In this document: one piece after another, positions 31,165-41,048 of the stretch | Layout of the letters: each line of letters begins with the position of its first letter | Numbering within the stretch: the first letter of the stretch is position 1 | Assembly (NCBI GenBank): GCA_963668175.1 | Contig: OY764159.1 | Coordinates: 1,632,001 to 1,696,000 of the forward strand | From: Syntrophales bacterium | Lineage (GTDB): Bacteria > Desulfobacterota > Syntrophia > Syntrophales > PHBD01 | Length of the DNA: 64,000 nucleotides | Reading direction: 5' to 3' | Translations under genes and position numbers: made by a program | The notes under the pieces: generated by a model | What the model was told of the DNA's origin: nothing | The model's input: the letters and a program-made list of their open reading frames with translations, nothing else | Databases searched by the model: none

Positions 31165-31565
31165 ACGGTTGATGGTTTCCAAATATCGTGCCAACGGTAA
31201 CGACCTCAAATGATATATCGTTTGGCGAATATAATCAACTCGTTAATCTGTTGCTAGGGCGCGCCGGATTTCTACGGATCAGGAAAAAGACCCCGGCCTT
31301 CCGTTTTTTCCACCGGATTTGTCTGAAATAGTGGACAGGGTGTGTACGATGCGCGTTGACATAGGGGTGCGATATTCATATTGCAGGGCTGTAAGGCTTG
31401 ATGACGGCGGCGCAAATAGATCATATGATGTTTTTATGAGGCATTTGCTTTAACGGCTTGACTCTTTCCCGGTTTGGTTATACTTTCCATACACATTTCA
31501 AATGGATAATTTTCATTTAATGCGGCATCTCCTCCAAAGATTTAAAAAGACAAACGAGCGAAAAA

Positions 31566-32798
31566 GTGAATAGACATACTCCAGTAATTTCCGCTTTTTC
31601 ATTAGAGGCCAAGATAAAAAGGTCTCTTCGCAATCACTTAAAGAAAATTGGATATACACGAACATCGGACGGTCTTCTTCATCCGCCAGATAAATCCAAA
31701 GAAACTATTCGTGCCTTACACAGTGCTCAACGATCGACTCTTATTAAGAGGGAACATGACTTCATCAAAAGATCCTGGCCAAAATTGAAGACGTACTTTG
31801 CTGACGGGAAAGATGTTGTGCCTGAAGAAATTACACCCGACTTGGAACTTATAGAGGGTGGGACTTGGCAATCTGATCTTTTTAGACTTGCATCACTCTT
31901 ATGGAGTGTTCCTGTTTCAAAAGGTTACGGACGCAGATTGCGTTTCTTGGTTTGGGATAAATCCAATGACAAACTGATAGGACTGTTCGGACTCGGTGAT
32001 CCTGTTTTCAACCTTAGAGTTCGAGATAATCTTCTTGAGTGGACCGCACAGCAAAGGAAAAAACATCTTGTTAGTTTGATGGATGCCTATGTCCTCGGTG
32101 CTGTCCCTCCGTACAATTTTTTATTGTGCGGTAAAATGATTGCGTGCCTGATAAGAACAAGAGAAGTCCGTGACCACTTTTCTGAAAAATATGACAAGAC
32201 AACAGGTATTATTTCTGGCGAGAGCAAACATGCGAAATTGGTTGCTATTACTACATCCTCAGCTCTCGGGAAATCATCTCTTTACAATAGATTGACAGTC
32301 AACGGACAAAAGTATTTCAAATCGATAGGTTTCACTGAAGGTTGGGGACATTTCCACGTCCCTGATTTGTTATTTAAATCCATCAGAGAATACTTGGAAA
32401 TTAAGGGGCACCAATACGCCGGAAACAATCGTTTTGGGGAAGGTCCCAATTGGCGATTACGAGCGATTCGTCAAGTGCTGACATCATTGAAACAAAATCC
32501 AAACTTACTCAAGCACGGAATAGCGCGGGAAGTATTTCTTTGCGAGTTTGCTGCAAATAGTAAGTCCTATTTGACGGACAAGGTTAAGCAACCGAAATAC
32601 AGTGATCTTTTATCTGTCACAGAGGTTGCGAAGCATTCTCTTGCTCGATGGGTCATTCCACGTTCTTTAAGAAAACCTGAATATTGTAGTTGGAAGAGAC
32701 AGAACATACGACATCTTCTGAAACCGTATGGCAACCGAACTGCAGAGGCTGTAATAACCGAACGAAAGGAACTTAAAGTTGGCTCTTGCAAACTTTGA
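31566..32798 (+). CDS. DUF4338/DruA-like protein
   Basis: GYGRRLRFLVWD...IGLFGLGDPVFNLRVRD..LEW, LGAVPPYN.LL.GK, TTSSALG..S.YNR motifs as I recall them for DUF4338/Druantia DruA; no HMM run. Confidence 0.72.
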   Translation: MNRHTPVISAFSLEAKIKRSLRNHLKKIGYTRTSDGLLHPPDKSKETIRALHSAQRSTLIKREHDFIKRSWPKLKTYFADGKDVVPEEITPDLELIEGGTWQSDLFRLASLLWSVPVSKGYGRRLRFLVWDKSNDKLIGLFGLGDPVFNLRVRDNLLEWTAQQRKKHLVSLMDAYVLGAVPPYNFLLCGKMIACLIRTREVRDHFSEKYDKTTGIISGESKHAKLVAITTSSALGKSSLYNRLTVNGQKYFKSIGFTEGWGHFHVPDLLFKSIREYLEIKGHQYAGNNRFGEGPNWRLRAIRQVLTSLKQNPNLLKHGIAREVFLCEFAANSKSYLTDKVKQPKYSDLLSVTEVAKHSLARWVIPRSLRKPEYCSWKRQNIRHLLKPYGNRTAEAVITERKELKVGSCKL

Positions 32799-33945
32799 CT
32801 TGGATTCTCTTCGAGAAAAAGTTTTGGCAGCCTATAAAGTCGATGACCCTCTTCTTAAGAAGTTCAGGGAATACGCTCGACGGCTTGGCGCCAATGTCAA
32901 ACCACTCAGAACATACTCAGTCAATGCAGTGTCCTTTGTATCAGCCGATGGAGGAGATAATCGTCTAACATTCAATCCGGCTATTGTTGAACTCGTTCGA
33001 GTTGTAGACTCTCGTGGTAACCAATGCGCCTTGGATGCTATTGCCAGCACTGCCGGCTCCAATGAGCTGAATGAGCGCATCAAACCAAATACGCCATCTC
33101 TAGTTGCTCCGCTACAACGTCTTTGTAACGACCTTGATATAGAAGATGTTGTCGCGTTATCCTATCTTCTGAAAGCACTCGACGAGCCGGGGAAAAGCAC
33201 AGGAGCAATCCGATGTTATCGTGATATTGTAGAATGGGCTGTACTTTATGACCTCATCTGCAATCCTGCCATTCAATGGGGCAGCGACACAATTCTGATA
33301 AGGGACGGCCTTCTTCGGACGAAGTCATTCAAACGGGAGATATTTCCTAAAATTGATCAAAATATTCGAGAAGGTGTAAAAAAACACCAAGAACGCAATG
33401 TTGCCTTGTCGTTGGTCGGTGTGGCCAAACAGAGCGCAGTTCTTGGTAGATTAGCCGTGGCACTCGAATTAGAAGCGACATTCCACAAACGTTATCCATG
33501 CTTCTGTGAAGTTCCTGAAGACATAGAGAGCGATTGTTACAACTTCGATATAACTTGGCTAAGAACGTATGAATCCTTTGAGTCTGATGATAAAGAAGTG
33601 AAACTTTACCAGTCAATGGGAAAGATGTACCTTGCCAAATTCGGAGACCATCCTTTTGATCCCGTATGGCCGGTTGATATTGCAGTCTGGCAAACGTCAA
33701 ACGCAGAAAAGATTCTTGGTCAACTGACAGTCGATGCACAACAGGGTTTCCCAATTCCTGATTATCCGATGACTATTCAGAAAGCACATGATTTTGCTAA
33801 GCTCAGTGGTTTAGAAGTGGAAGTCCTTCAGGATTTATTAATGCGAGGTATAACTCAAAACCTTGCCCCTGATGAAGCAGAACGAATACTGCGAATGAAA
33901 CATCTTGGAAGAACACTTGCAGCTTTGAGATACAAGGAGGGATGA
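32779..33945 (+). CDS. nurA: NurA-like nuclease (RNase H-like fold)
   Basis: VSADGG, LIRDG, VGVAK.S and C-terminal YP..IQKAH motifs; directly upstream of a HerA-like gene. Confidence 0.75.
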   Translation: MALANFDLDSLREKVLAAYKVDDPLLKKFREYARRLGANVKPLRTYSVNAVSFVSADGGDNRLTFNPAIVELVRVVDSRGNQCALDAIASTAGSNELNERIKPNTPSLVAPLQRLCNDLDIEDVVALSYLLKALDEPGKSTGAIRCYRDIVEWAVLYDLICNPAIQWGSDTILIRDGLLRTKSFKREIFPKIDQNIREGVKKHQERNVALSLVGVAKQSAVLGRLAVALELEATFHKRYPCFCEVPEDIESDCYNFDITWLRTYESFESDDKEVKLYQSMGKMYLAKFGDHPFDPVWPVDIAVWQTSNAEKILGQLTVDAQQGFPIPDYPMTIQKAHDFAKLSGLEVEVLQDLLMRGITQNLAPDEAERILRMKHLGRTLAALRYKEG

Positions 33946-35145
33946 TGCTTTTCGCCAACTCACAAGTCATGGGAACTTTCAAAGGATTTAATGAAAGAGG
34001 TTTGGAATTCGCCGCCGAGATAATAGCCCCATATGACGCCAGTATGCTTGAGCGCCCTCAACTCGGGCAATTCCTTCTAATTGAACTTGGCTCATTGGAA
34101 GAAGCGGCCCTTGGCCGGATTACCCGCTTTGTTCCTTCAGGTCTTCTAGCCACTGCCGAAGGAGAAGACTATGTCAATACAATGCAACGCAGACAACAGG
34201 CCGTTCCTGAAGATCTGAAACAGCAACGGCTTAAGTATCGAGTTCAGGTCAAACTATTGGGTGCAGTTCGTCTTGTTAAAAAAGAAGGCAAAGACACTGT
34301 TACCTACGTACCATCCCAGAGAAGGCTGCCTCATCTCGGCGCTAAAGTAGCCCTTCCCAGTTCGGAAGTTTTAGCTGAACTCTGCAAGTTAAGTAAGGGT
34401 GAAACCGATCTTGGTGACTATGTGCTAGGGGAGTTTGTTTACTCAGGTTCCGATGTTCCAAATGAAAATCCTATTTTGCGTCCAACGGACCCATCTCTGT
34501 CAGTAAAATTTGATATAGGTAACCTAGTTTCACGTAGATCGGTTGTTTTTGCGCGCGCAGGTTATGGTAAGTCCAACCTCATTAAGTATCTTATCTCTGA
34601 ACTATATAAAAAGGGCCAGCCTAAAACTGAAGGTGGGCAAAACGTAGGTACTCTAATTTTCGATGCTGACGGTGAATATTTTTGGCCAGACAGAGTCAAA
34701 CACCGTCCCGGTCTATGCGACGTGACGCATCTCAAGGATCATATTCTTGTATTCACAAACCGCCAACCCTACAATCCATATTATGGAAGCTGGAAAGCAG
34801 GAGAAGTGAGGCTCGATATCCGTGATCTTCCTCCGCGGGATGTTGTAGGAATCGCTGTGTCTTCTGAGCGGCAGGAACAACAGAATATACTCAAATTAAA
34901 AGGTCTGACGGATACAAATTGGAGACAATTAGTTGATTTAATACACAAAGATCGCCTTCAGGCTTCCGAAATCCAAGTCGGTGAATTGATGGGGTATTCG
35001 GAGAAACAGATTAAAGAAAGCGGTGCAGAAATAGCAGCAGCTAAAAGCAACATGAATAACGTTGTCAGGTTGCTACACGATCCAGCAAGTCAACTTCTTT
35101 CAGGCACTCTTCAGGCACTCATGCAAGGTCACATTGGAGTTGCCC

Positions 35146-35994
35146 CTATTTCACCGGACACTGTTCTAACTTATTTTGATGTCTCCTATACTCCCTGGGC
35201 GACATCATTTTCAATCCCTTGTGCGGATGGTTTTCATTGTAGTCTAAGAACCATCCGGGCAGTTGCTTCATGACCGTTTCGGCATCAGTCAGGATATTCA
35301 GATGAATATAATCCCTCTTGAAGGTCTTGACAAAGGATTCGGCCATTCCGTTCGATTCCGGGCTATAGAACGGGGTCGTGCAAACCTCAAGCCCCATCAT
35401 CTGCCCAAAGCTTTTCGTTTCCCTGGCGGTGTACGCAGGACCATTATCGCTCAGCCACTGGATTCTGTGAGGCAGCCGATTGATCATACCGAAACGGGCC
35501 TCAATGGCTTCCGCCATCAAGTCCCTGACCATGTCGCCGGATACGCCCCCTGTCGTGGCTACATAACTCATGATTTCCCTGTCGCAACAATCCATGCTGA
35601 ACGCTACCCGGAGACGGTCCCCATTCCAGCAGGCAATCTCAAACGCATCGGAACACCAACGAAGATCGCTCCGTCTCGTCGTGACCTTGCCCTCGTGAAG
35701 CCTTGCCGGCCTACCCGTATGCCGCTGAAGAAGCAGATTGTGCATCTTCATGAGACGATAAATCCGTTTGGGGTTAACTCCCGGATGCCCCTGACGTTCC
35801 AGAAACCTGTTGATTCTTGCCGTTACTCTCCGATAGCCGTAACTGGGACGATTATCAATAACCTGCCTGATCAGAAGAAGATATCTGCCATCGTCGCCTC
35901 TCCTGTAATGGCGGCTTCTCGAATCGGCTTCCTTCCCTTGCCTTTCGTACTGCCGGGAACGGGAAACGTCCAGCGTATCGACAACCGTCTTCAT
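35146..35994 (-). CDS. IS3-family transposase OrfB (DDE core), probably fused to OrfA by -1 frameshift
   Basis: YGYRR, WCSD, WLSDNG, SNGMAESFVKTFKRDY. Confidence 0.92.
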   Translation of the reverse strand: MKTVVDTLDVSRSRQYERQGKEADSRSRHYRRGDDGRYLLLIRQVIDNRPSYGYRRVTARINRFLERQGHPGVNPKRIYRLMKMHNLLLQRHTGRPARLHEGKVTTRRSDLRWCSDAFEIACWNGDRLRVAFSMDCCDREIMSYVATTGGVSGDMVRDLMAEAIEARFGMINRLPHRIQWLSDNGPAYTARETKSFGQMMGLEVCTTPFYSPESNGMAESFVKTFKRDYIHLNILTDAETVMKQLPGWFLDYNENHPHKGLKMMSPREYRRHQNKLEQCPVK

Positions 35995-36368
35995 CGGGAA
36001 TCGTCCTCCGGCAACAACGGCAACCGCGAGATCAGTTTTTTTTCACGGGCAATCCGGACAGCCTCTCTTAATATCTCCACCTCCATTGTCTTTTTGCCCA
36101 GAAGACGCTCCAACTCCCGGATCTGCTTCTTCAGTTCTCTGGCTTCCGATGCAGGAACGACGCCTTCATCTGCACCAACCGCCGACAGAGCCCCTTCTTC
36201 GGCAAGCCTGCGCCAGTGGAACAACTGGTTCGGATGGATGTCATACTTCCGGGCTACAGCCGAGATGCTCATTCCCGGCTGCTCCGCCTCCCGCACCATC
36301 GACTTCTTCTCGGCAGCCGACCAGCGACGTCGCCTCTGTACACCGACGATCACTTCTACAGGAACCAT
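35991..36368 (-). CDS. IS3-family transposase OrfA (HTH)
   Basis: RRRRWSAAEK...VARKYDIHPNQLFHWR...LERLLGKKTMEVEIL; A8C slippery run at 36036-36043. Confidence 0.9.
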   Translation of the reverse strand: MVPVEVIVGVQRRRRWSAAEKKSMVREAEQPGMSISAVARKYDIHPNQLFHWRRLAEEGALSAVGADEGVVPASEARELKKQIRELERLLGKKTMEVEILREAVRIAREKKLISRLPLLPEDDSR

Positions 36369-37376
36369 AAACACCTTCTTTCTGGTTGTAGTAATATCTC
36401 TATATCTATTCCTACAACTTATTTCCAGATTCAAAGTGTCCGGTTCAATTGGGGGCTACTTCACACATCGTTGTTATCGACATAAGCCTCTTGAGTTCTA
36501 CTGCAGGAAATACAATTGCCGGTCTGATCCTCAGAAGAATCTTTTCTCATAATCAAGAAAATTTTACCGGCGGGCAGTCACCCATTCCGGTTGTAACTGT
36601 GATCGAGGAAGCTCAGAGCGTCCTGGGGAGAAACCTCGATGAATCGAGTCCCTTTGTCGAATGGGTTAAAGAGGGTCGGAAATATGATTTAGGCGCAATA
36701 CTCGTTACTCAACAACCTGGATCTCTAGCTCCAGAACTTATGAGTCAGGCTGATAATTGGTTCAGTTTTCATTTGTTATCGGAAGGCGACGCAGGGGTAC
36801 TCGGTAAATACAATTCTCATTATTCCGATGATATCTTGTCGCACTTAATTGGGGAACCTATCCCTGGTAATTGTTTCATGTGGAGTGCCCCGCATCAGCC
36901 ATTCGTTCTGCCCGTTAGAGTTAGAAGTTTCGAGGGGCTTTATAGAGGCAATGTAAAGTTTGATGATGCATCAGGCGCCGTTCCTGACACTCCGGCGTCT
37001 AAGGTCCACAAAGATGTTTCAGCGAGACTTAATGAATTAGCAGGGAGAATTAAAGAGTCACTCAAAGCGCCTAGTACGAAGTTCGTTCAAGTATCTCCGG
37101 ATAAAGTTGGCATTAAGAGTGGACAACTATACTATCTTATAAGAGATGCCAAAAGTCTCAATGACTATGAAACTGCGAATCAGCTAATGGAACCATTATT
37201 AACAATTATACTTGGCGAAGGTAATTTTCAACAAACCGAGTTCAAAGACAAGGAGTTCTTTTGTTCTTCCCAAGAAAATTGGGCGAAAGCTCTCGGGAAA
37301 AATATTAGAATATCAGTCGGTTAATCATGGGCTACAACAGCATTTATTCAAAAGTAATTTAGATGGAGGAACATAA

Positions 37377-38408
37377 ATGTCGGAAAAGGAATTAACAATG
37401 GAAATGGCAAATCTCATATGCCGATTCGGAAGTGAATTCGTCTTGCTGGATATGCTAGAGCCAATTGTTTTCCCTGCTTTTTTCGGTGAATCAAAAATCA
37501 GAGTCTATGGGGAAACAAGCTTTTTCTTTTTTGATGTCAAACTGGTTCGTCTCAAATCATATGAGAATAATCTCAGATTAGGCATAGCCGGACGATTCAT
37601 TAAAGACACAAAAGTGCAGCGGGACCAAATATTCGAAGAAGGAAAAGGAATCATTAAAGATAGTCGTACGCTGCGTAGTTCTCCATCTGCATTATTTCTG
37701 CTGCTACTTAATAATCATCGGCTAATTTACGTTAAAGAAACAAGAGATGCACCTCCTAAAGACACTTTCCGGACCACGCTCCATTATTTTCTCATGGAAA
37801 GACATAAATCGTTTCTGAGAAAAGCCTTCGAAGACTATAAACTACGACGAAAAAGGGAGCCAGAGACGCCTGTCATGAGAAAGATAGACTTTCTTGAATT
37901 GTTTCCTCCGCCGAGTCTAAAGCTGATTCCGCTGACATCTGAAGATAGTATTCAAGAATTCATCAATAAGTACGAACTATTGAGATCAATAGAAATTTCT
38001 ATATCAGATAGAAATAGCGAGATTGATAATGATTCATTCTTTGAGGAATTGAATCGGCGAAAAGAATTGCTCGGAAGTAAAAAATCAGCTGTTAAACATT
38101 CTAGTCGTAACGGCCTGGATAAAGAAATTGCGAAAAACGAAGTAAGAGAAGCAACGAGTCAGGGAAATCAGGTGGTTAATTTAGATGGATACGACACTGA
38201 AGGAAATAAATTACAAGGCAATAATGAAAAATTCCAGTTAAGAAGATCAATTGAAGTGAGCGAAAAAATGGATGAAGCAATATCGCAGCTGGATCAATCA
38301 TTTATGGATCTAGTTAAGGCCGGTGTAGTGAAAGTACCGGAAGAACGTGAAAAAGATAAAGAGATTTTACGTTCAATTTATCGAGGCCATTATGACAAAA
38401 GCCGATAA
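37377..38408 (+). CDS. Hypothetical soluble protein (DUF4747-like, tentative)
   Basis: AT-rich 343-aa ORF with GGAGGA RBS; GRFIK...HRLIY...AP...F pattern; family guess only. Confidence 0.65.
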   Translation: MSEKELTMEMANLICRFGSEFVLLDMLEPIVFPAFFGESKIRVYGETSFFFFDVKLVRLKSYENNLRLGIAGRFIKDTKVQRDQIFEEGKGIIKDSRTLRSSPSALFLLLLNNHRLIYVKETRDAPPKDTFRTTLHYFLMERHKSFLRKAFEDYKLRRKREPETPVMRKIDFLELFPPPSLKLIPLTSEDSIQEFINKYELLRSIEISISDRNSEIDNDSFFEELNRRKELLGSKKSAVKHSSRNGLDKEIAKNEVREATSQGNQVVNLDGYDTEGNKLQGNNEKFQLRRSIEVSEKMDEAISQLDQSFMDLVKAGVVKVPEEREKDKEILRSIYRGHYDKSR

Positions 38409-39048
38409 TTTAAATTCTGCGGAATTGACCAGTGAAAAAAGATTATGTGAAATTTATCATAAGTCAAGAAAAATCCCGATGAGTAAATTCAATTTATGGT
38501 CAACTCTGATTGTTATGGTTTCTTTGTCCATCAATGTTTGGATTTCAAATCAGTCAATTGGTGATATGCTCGACATCATCAGAAAATCAGCTGAAAATGG
38601 CTTATCAATTTCTCTCAATACCCTTGGTTTTCTCATCGCAGGATTCACGGTATTTGCTACTTTGTCTAGTCCCGATCTGTCCCTTGAAATGGCAAATCAT
38701 ACGCATTCAGAAAGTGGATTATCATACTTGAAATACAATTATTTTGTTTTATTGAGGGTATTTGTACATTTCATAATTTTTGCAGGATTCTGTCTCGCCA
38801 TAGTGATGTATGGTCACAAAAATGGATTAGTATCATCATTAATAGCATCAGTAATATTAAAGTATCCGAAACTTTCTTTTTTACGTGATTGCCTTGTTGA
38901 AATATCATATGTGCTTATTTATACTGGATATTATTTCCTTCTCGTTCAATTGAAATCTTTCATATTTAACATTTACCATATCGTAATGACTTCTCTAAGA
39001 TGGAAAGCCGAACAAGGAACCGTCAGTGACAGTGCCCACATCGAATAG
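38392..39048 (+). CDS. Hypothetical multi-pass membrane protein (about 4 TM)
   Basis: Hydrophobic segments including LGFLIAGFTVFATL; overlaps the upstream ORF. Confidence 0.72.
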   Translation: MTKADNLNSAELTSEKRLCEIYHKSRKIPMSKFNLWSTLIVMVSLSINVWISNQSIGDMLDIIRKSAENGLSISLNTLGFLIAGFTVFATLSSPDLSLEMANHTHSESGLSYLKYNYFVLLRVFVHFIIFAGFCLAIVMYGHKNGLVSSLIASVILKYPKLSFLRDCLVEISYVLIYTGYYFLLVQLKSFIFNIYHIVMTSLRWKAEQGTVSDSAHIE

Positions 39049-39086
39049 AACCGCCAATCAATTATCTATCAATTATTCAGACAGTA

Positions 39087-39115
39087 TTGACAAGGGTTAG
39101 CATATATGCTAACTA
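39087..39115 (+). promoter_or_regulatory. Promoter with perfect 18-bp palindromic operator
   Basis: TTGACA at 39087; GTTAGCATATATGCTAAC at 39096-39113, just upstream of the XRE gene. Confidence 0.65.
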
Positions 39116-39121
39116 ATCTTC

Positions 39122-39481
39122 ATGGCTGAACTGAAATATAAACCCGTTCCCCACGACCATAAGGCCTTTCTCGATAAGGCCCGGAAGCGGGAGGGATTCG
39201 ATAAGGCATACCGCGATTTGGAAGAAGAATATGCGCTCGTCCGGGCGATGCTGTCGGCCCGGTCGAAATCCGGCCTTACCCAGGAGGCGGTTGCCGCGTT
39301 GATGGGAACGACGAAAAGCGCCGTCTCGCGCCTGGAATCCGCCGGGAAACATTCGCCCTCCGTGGCAACGCTGAAAAAGTACGCCCGTGCCCTCGGCTAT
39401 CGTCTGGAGATTAAATTCAAACCCGGAATCGTTCCCGCAAGCCGAGCGACCGGCGGATTGAAAAAGAAGCAGGCCTTCTAA
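39122..39481 (+). CDS. XRE-family HTH protein (HigA-like antitoxin), no adjacent toxin
   Basis: ARSKSGLTQEAVAALMGTTKSAVSRLES...PSVATLKKYARALG. Confidence 0.85.
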   Translation: MAELKYKPVPHDHKAFLDKARKREGFDKAYRDLEEEYALVRAMLSARSKSGLTQEAVAALMGTTKSAVSRLESAGKHSPSVATLKKYARALGYRLEIKFKPGIVPASRATGGLKKKQAF

Positions 39482-39924
39482 ATAAACCGATTCCTGCAAA
39501 ACCCGTGCGGTCGGCATCGGCAACTCTCAGCCACGCGGCTTCTTGGATGAGCCGCCGGCCTTATCCCGCGCCTGTCCGTTCCCCGTCGCTCCTCACGGCC
39601 GCAGCCGCCAGAACCCCTCTGCAACAAATTTGTTCCCCGCCTGATCGGATCGCCTTTTCCCTTTCAAATCGCCTGCCGGTGTAGCATTTCGTCCACCGGG
39701 GCAGCCGTGCAGGAAGGCCCGTATGATTTCATCCACCCGTGAATCATATGCTCCATTTCCTTGAATCATTCAAATAATACCGGATGTTCCGTGGGATGAC
39801 GCGATGGATTTTTTTCTACAGCGGTTGCCCCGAGCGTATGTTTTCATCCGTTTTTCTCCCGCGGCGGCGGCCTCTCTTTTTGAATTGCAAGCCAAAACAG
39901 CATCTTGCCTCCGGCGGTGATCGC

Positions 39925-39940
39925 TGGCACGCTCATTGCT
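39925..39940 (+). promoter_or_regulatory. Sigma54 (-24/-12) promoter
   Basis: TGGCAC-GCTCA-TTGCT, exact consensus, about 150 bp upstream of the CoA-transferase operon. Confidence 0.8.
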
Positions 39941-40092
39941 GTGTATCAAGCCATCTGTAAACATAACTATGTTGCGATTGAGCCCGTCCGGGATGCGATG
40001 AGGCAATATGGATGAGTCTGTCTGCTGGACTGTTCCCGCGGACCGGGAGGGGTGCGTCTGATGAGTACTAAATCTACGGGAGGTATCTATTT

Positions 40093-41037
40093 ATGAATAC
40101 GTCGAAGGTCATGACGGCCAAGGAAGCCGTGACCAAGTTCATCGGCGACGGTATGACGGTAGGCGTGGGCGGTTTCTTTCACGCCATTTCCTATGCCATT
40201 ACGCATGAAATCATCCGTCAGCAGAAGCGCCATCTTACGATCTGCCAGCCCAGCTTCAACGATCACGCCGACCAGTTGATCGGCGCCGGGTGCGTGGACC
40301 GCATCGTGTCTTCCTACGTCTGGATGGAAGTCTTCGGGCCCCTGTACTGCTTCCGGCGGGCTATGGAAAAGGGCATCCCCCACAAGATCGAGATGGAGGA
40401 CTACACGAACTTCGCAGTCATGGCGAGATATCTGGCCGGTTCGCTCGGCATTCCCTTTATCCCCATCCGCTCCATGATGGGAAGCGACATGATGAACTAT
40501 TCGGCATGGATGGGCGACAAGAAGGTCAAAACGATCGAGGACCCCTTTAATCCCGGGCAGGAATACGCCGCCGTTCCCGCGCTCACGCCGGATATCGGCT
40601 ATTTCCACGTCCAGAGGGCCGACGCGGAAGGCAACTGCCAGATGTGGGGCATCTGGGGCGACTCACCCTGGAGCATGAGGGCCTGCAAGCAGGTCATCGT
40701 CTCCTGCGAAGAGATCGTGACCCGCGACATCATCGGCCGCGATCCGAACCGTACGATCCTGCCGGGCTACAAGGTCTGCGCCGTCGTGGAAGCGCCGTTC
40801 GGCGCCCATCCCAAGCATACGCAGGGCTATTACGATGTCGACAGGGACTTCATCTTCAAGTACGTCCGCGAATCCCAGAAGGAAGAGGGATGGAAGAAGT
40901 TCATGGACGAGTGGGTATACGGCGTCGAGGACAGGGCCGGTTATCTGAAGAAATATATCGACACCTTCGGCATGAAGCGTTTCCTCGATCTCAAGGCGAG
41001 GGACATCAGCTCCAGCTCGGTCAACTACGGATTTTAA
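40093..41037 (+). CDS. Family I CoA-transferase subunit A (GctA-like)
   Basis: DGMTVGVGG, HEIIRQ, DQLIGAG, HVQRAD.EGN, PFGAHP. Confidence 0.88.
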   Translation: MNTSKVMTAKEAVTKFIGDGMTVGVGGFFHAISYAITHEIIRQQKRHLTICQPSFNDHADQLIGAGCVDRIVSSYVWMEVFGPLYCFRRAMEKGIPHKIEMEDYTNFAVMARYLAGSLGIPFIPIRSMMGSDMMNYSAWMGDKKVKTIEDPFNPGQEYAAVPALTPDIGYFHVQRADAEGNCQMWGIWGDSPWSMRACKQVIVSCEEIVTRDIIGRDPNRTILPGYKVCAVVEAPFGAHPKHTQGYYDVDRDFIFKYVRESQKEEGWKKFMDEWVYGVEDRAGYLKKYIDTFGMKRFLDLKARDISSSSVNYGF

Positions 41038-41048
41038 GGAGGTTTATC

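Larger units (their letters stand above)
35135..36463 (-). mobile_element. IS3-family (IS2-like) insertion sequence, 1329 bp, 5-bp TSD CACAT
   Basis: Imperfect TIRs TGGAGTTGCCCCTATTTCACCGGACACT / TGAAGTAGCCCCCAATTGAACCGGACACT; CACAT at 35130-35134 and 36464-36468. Confidence 0.95.
33942..37324 (+). pseudogene. herA: HerA/FtsK-family ATPase interrupted by an IS element (682 aa when restored)
   Basis: HAS-barrel-like N-terminus, Walker A ARAGYGKS, Walker B VIEEAQ, KEGRKY, VTQQP. Removing the IS and one TSD copy rejoins MQG-H-IVVIDIS in frame (2049 bp). Confidence 0.88.

Noticed and set aside
31178..31193. Sigma54-like TGGCAC-N5-TTGGA on the minus strand before the hybrid kinase
   Set aside because: -12 element deviates and would leave almost no leader; not enough support.
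35263..36552. 429-aa plus-strand ORF inside the IS
   Set aside because: Antisense to the transposase.
36449..37324. Stand-alone 291-aa ATPase gene
   Set aside because: It is the C-terminal part of the interrupted herA; its start codon lies in the IS end and it lacks Walker A.
31566..39048. Calling the island Druantia type I or a housekeeping NurA-HerA repair locus
   Set aside because: No DruE helicase or DruB-D recognised, no mre11/rad50 neighbours, and composition is foreign to the host.
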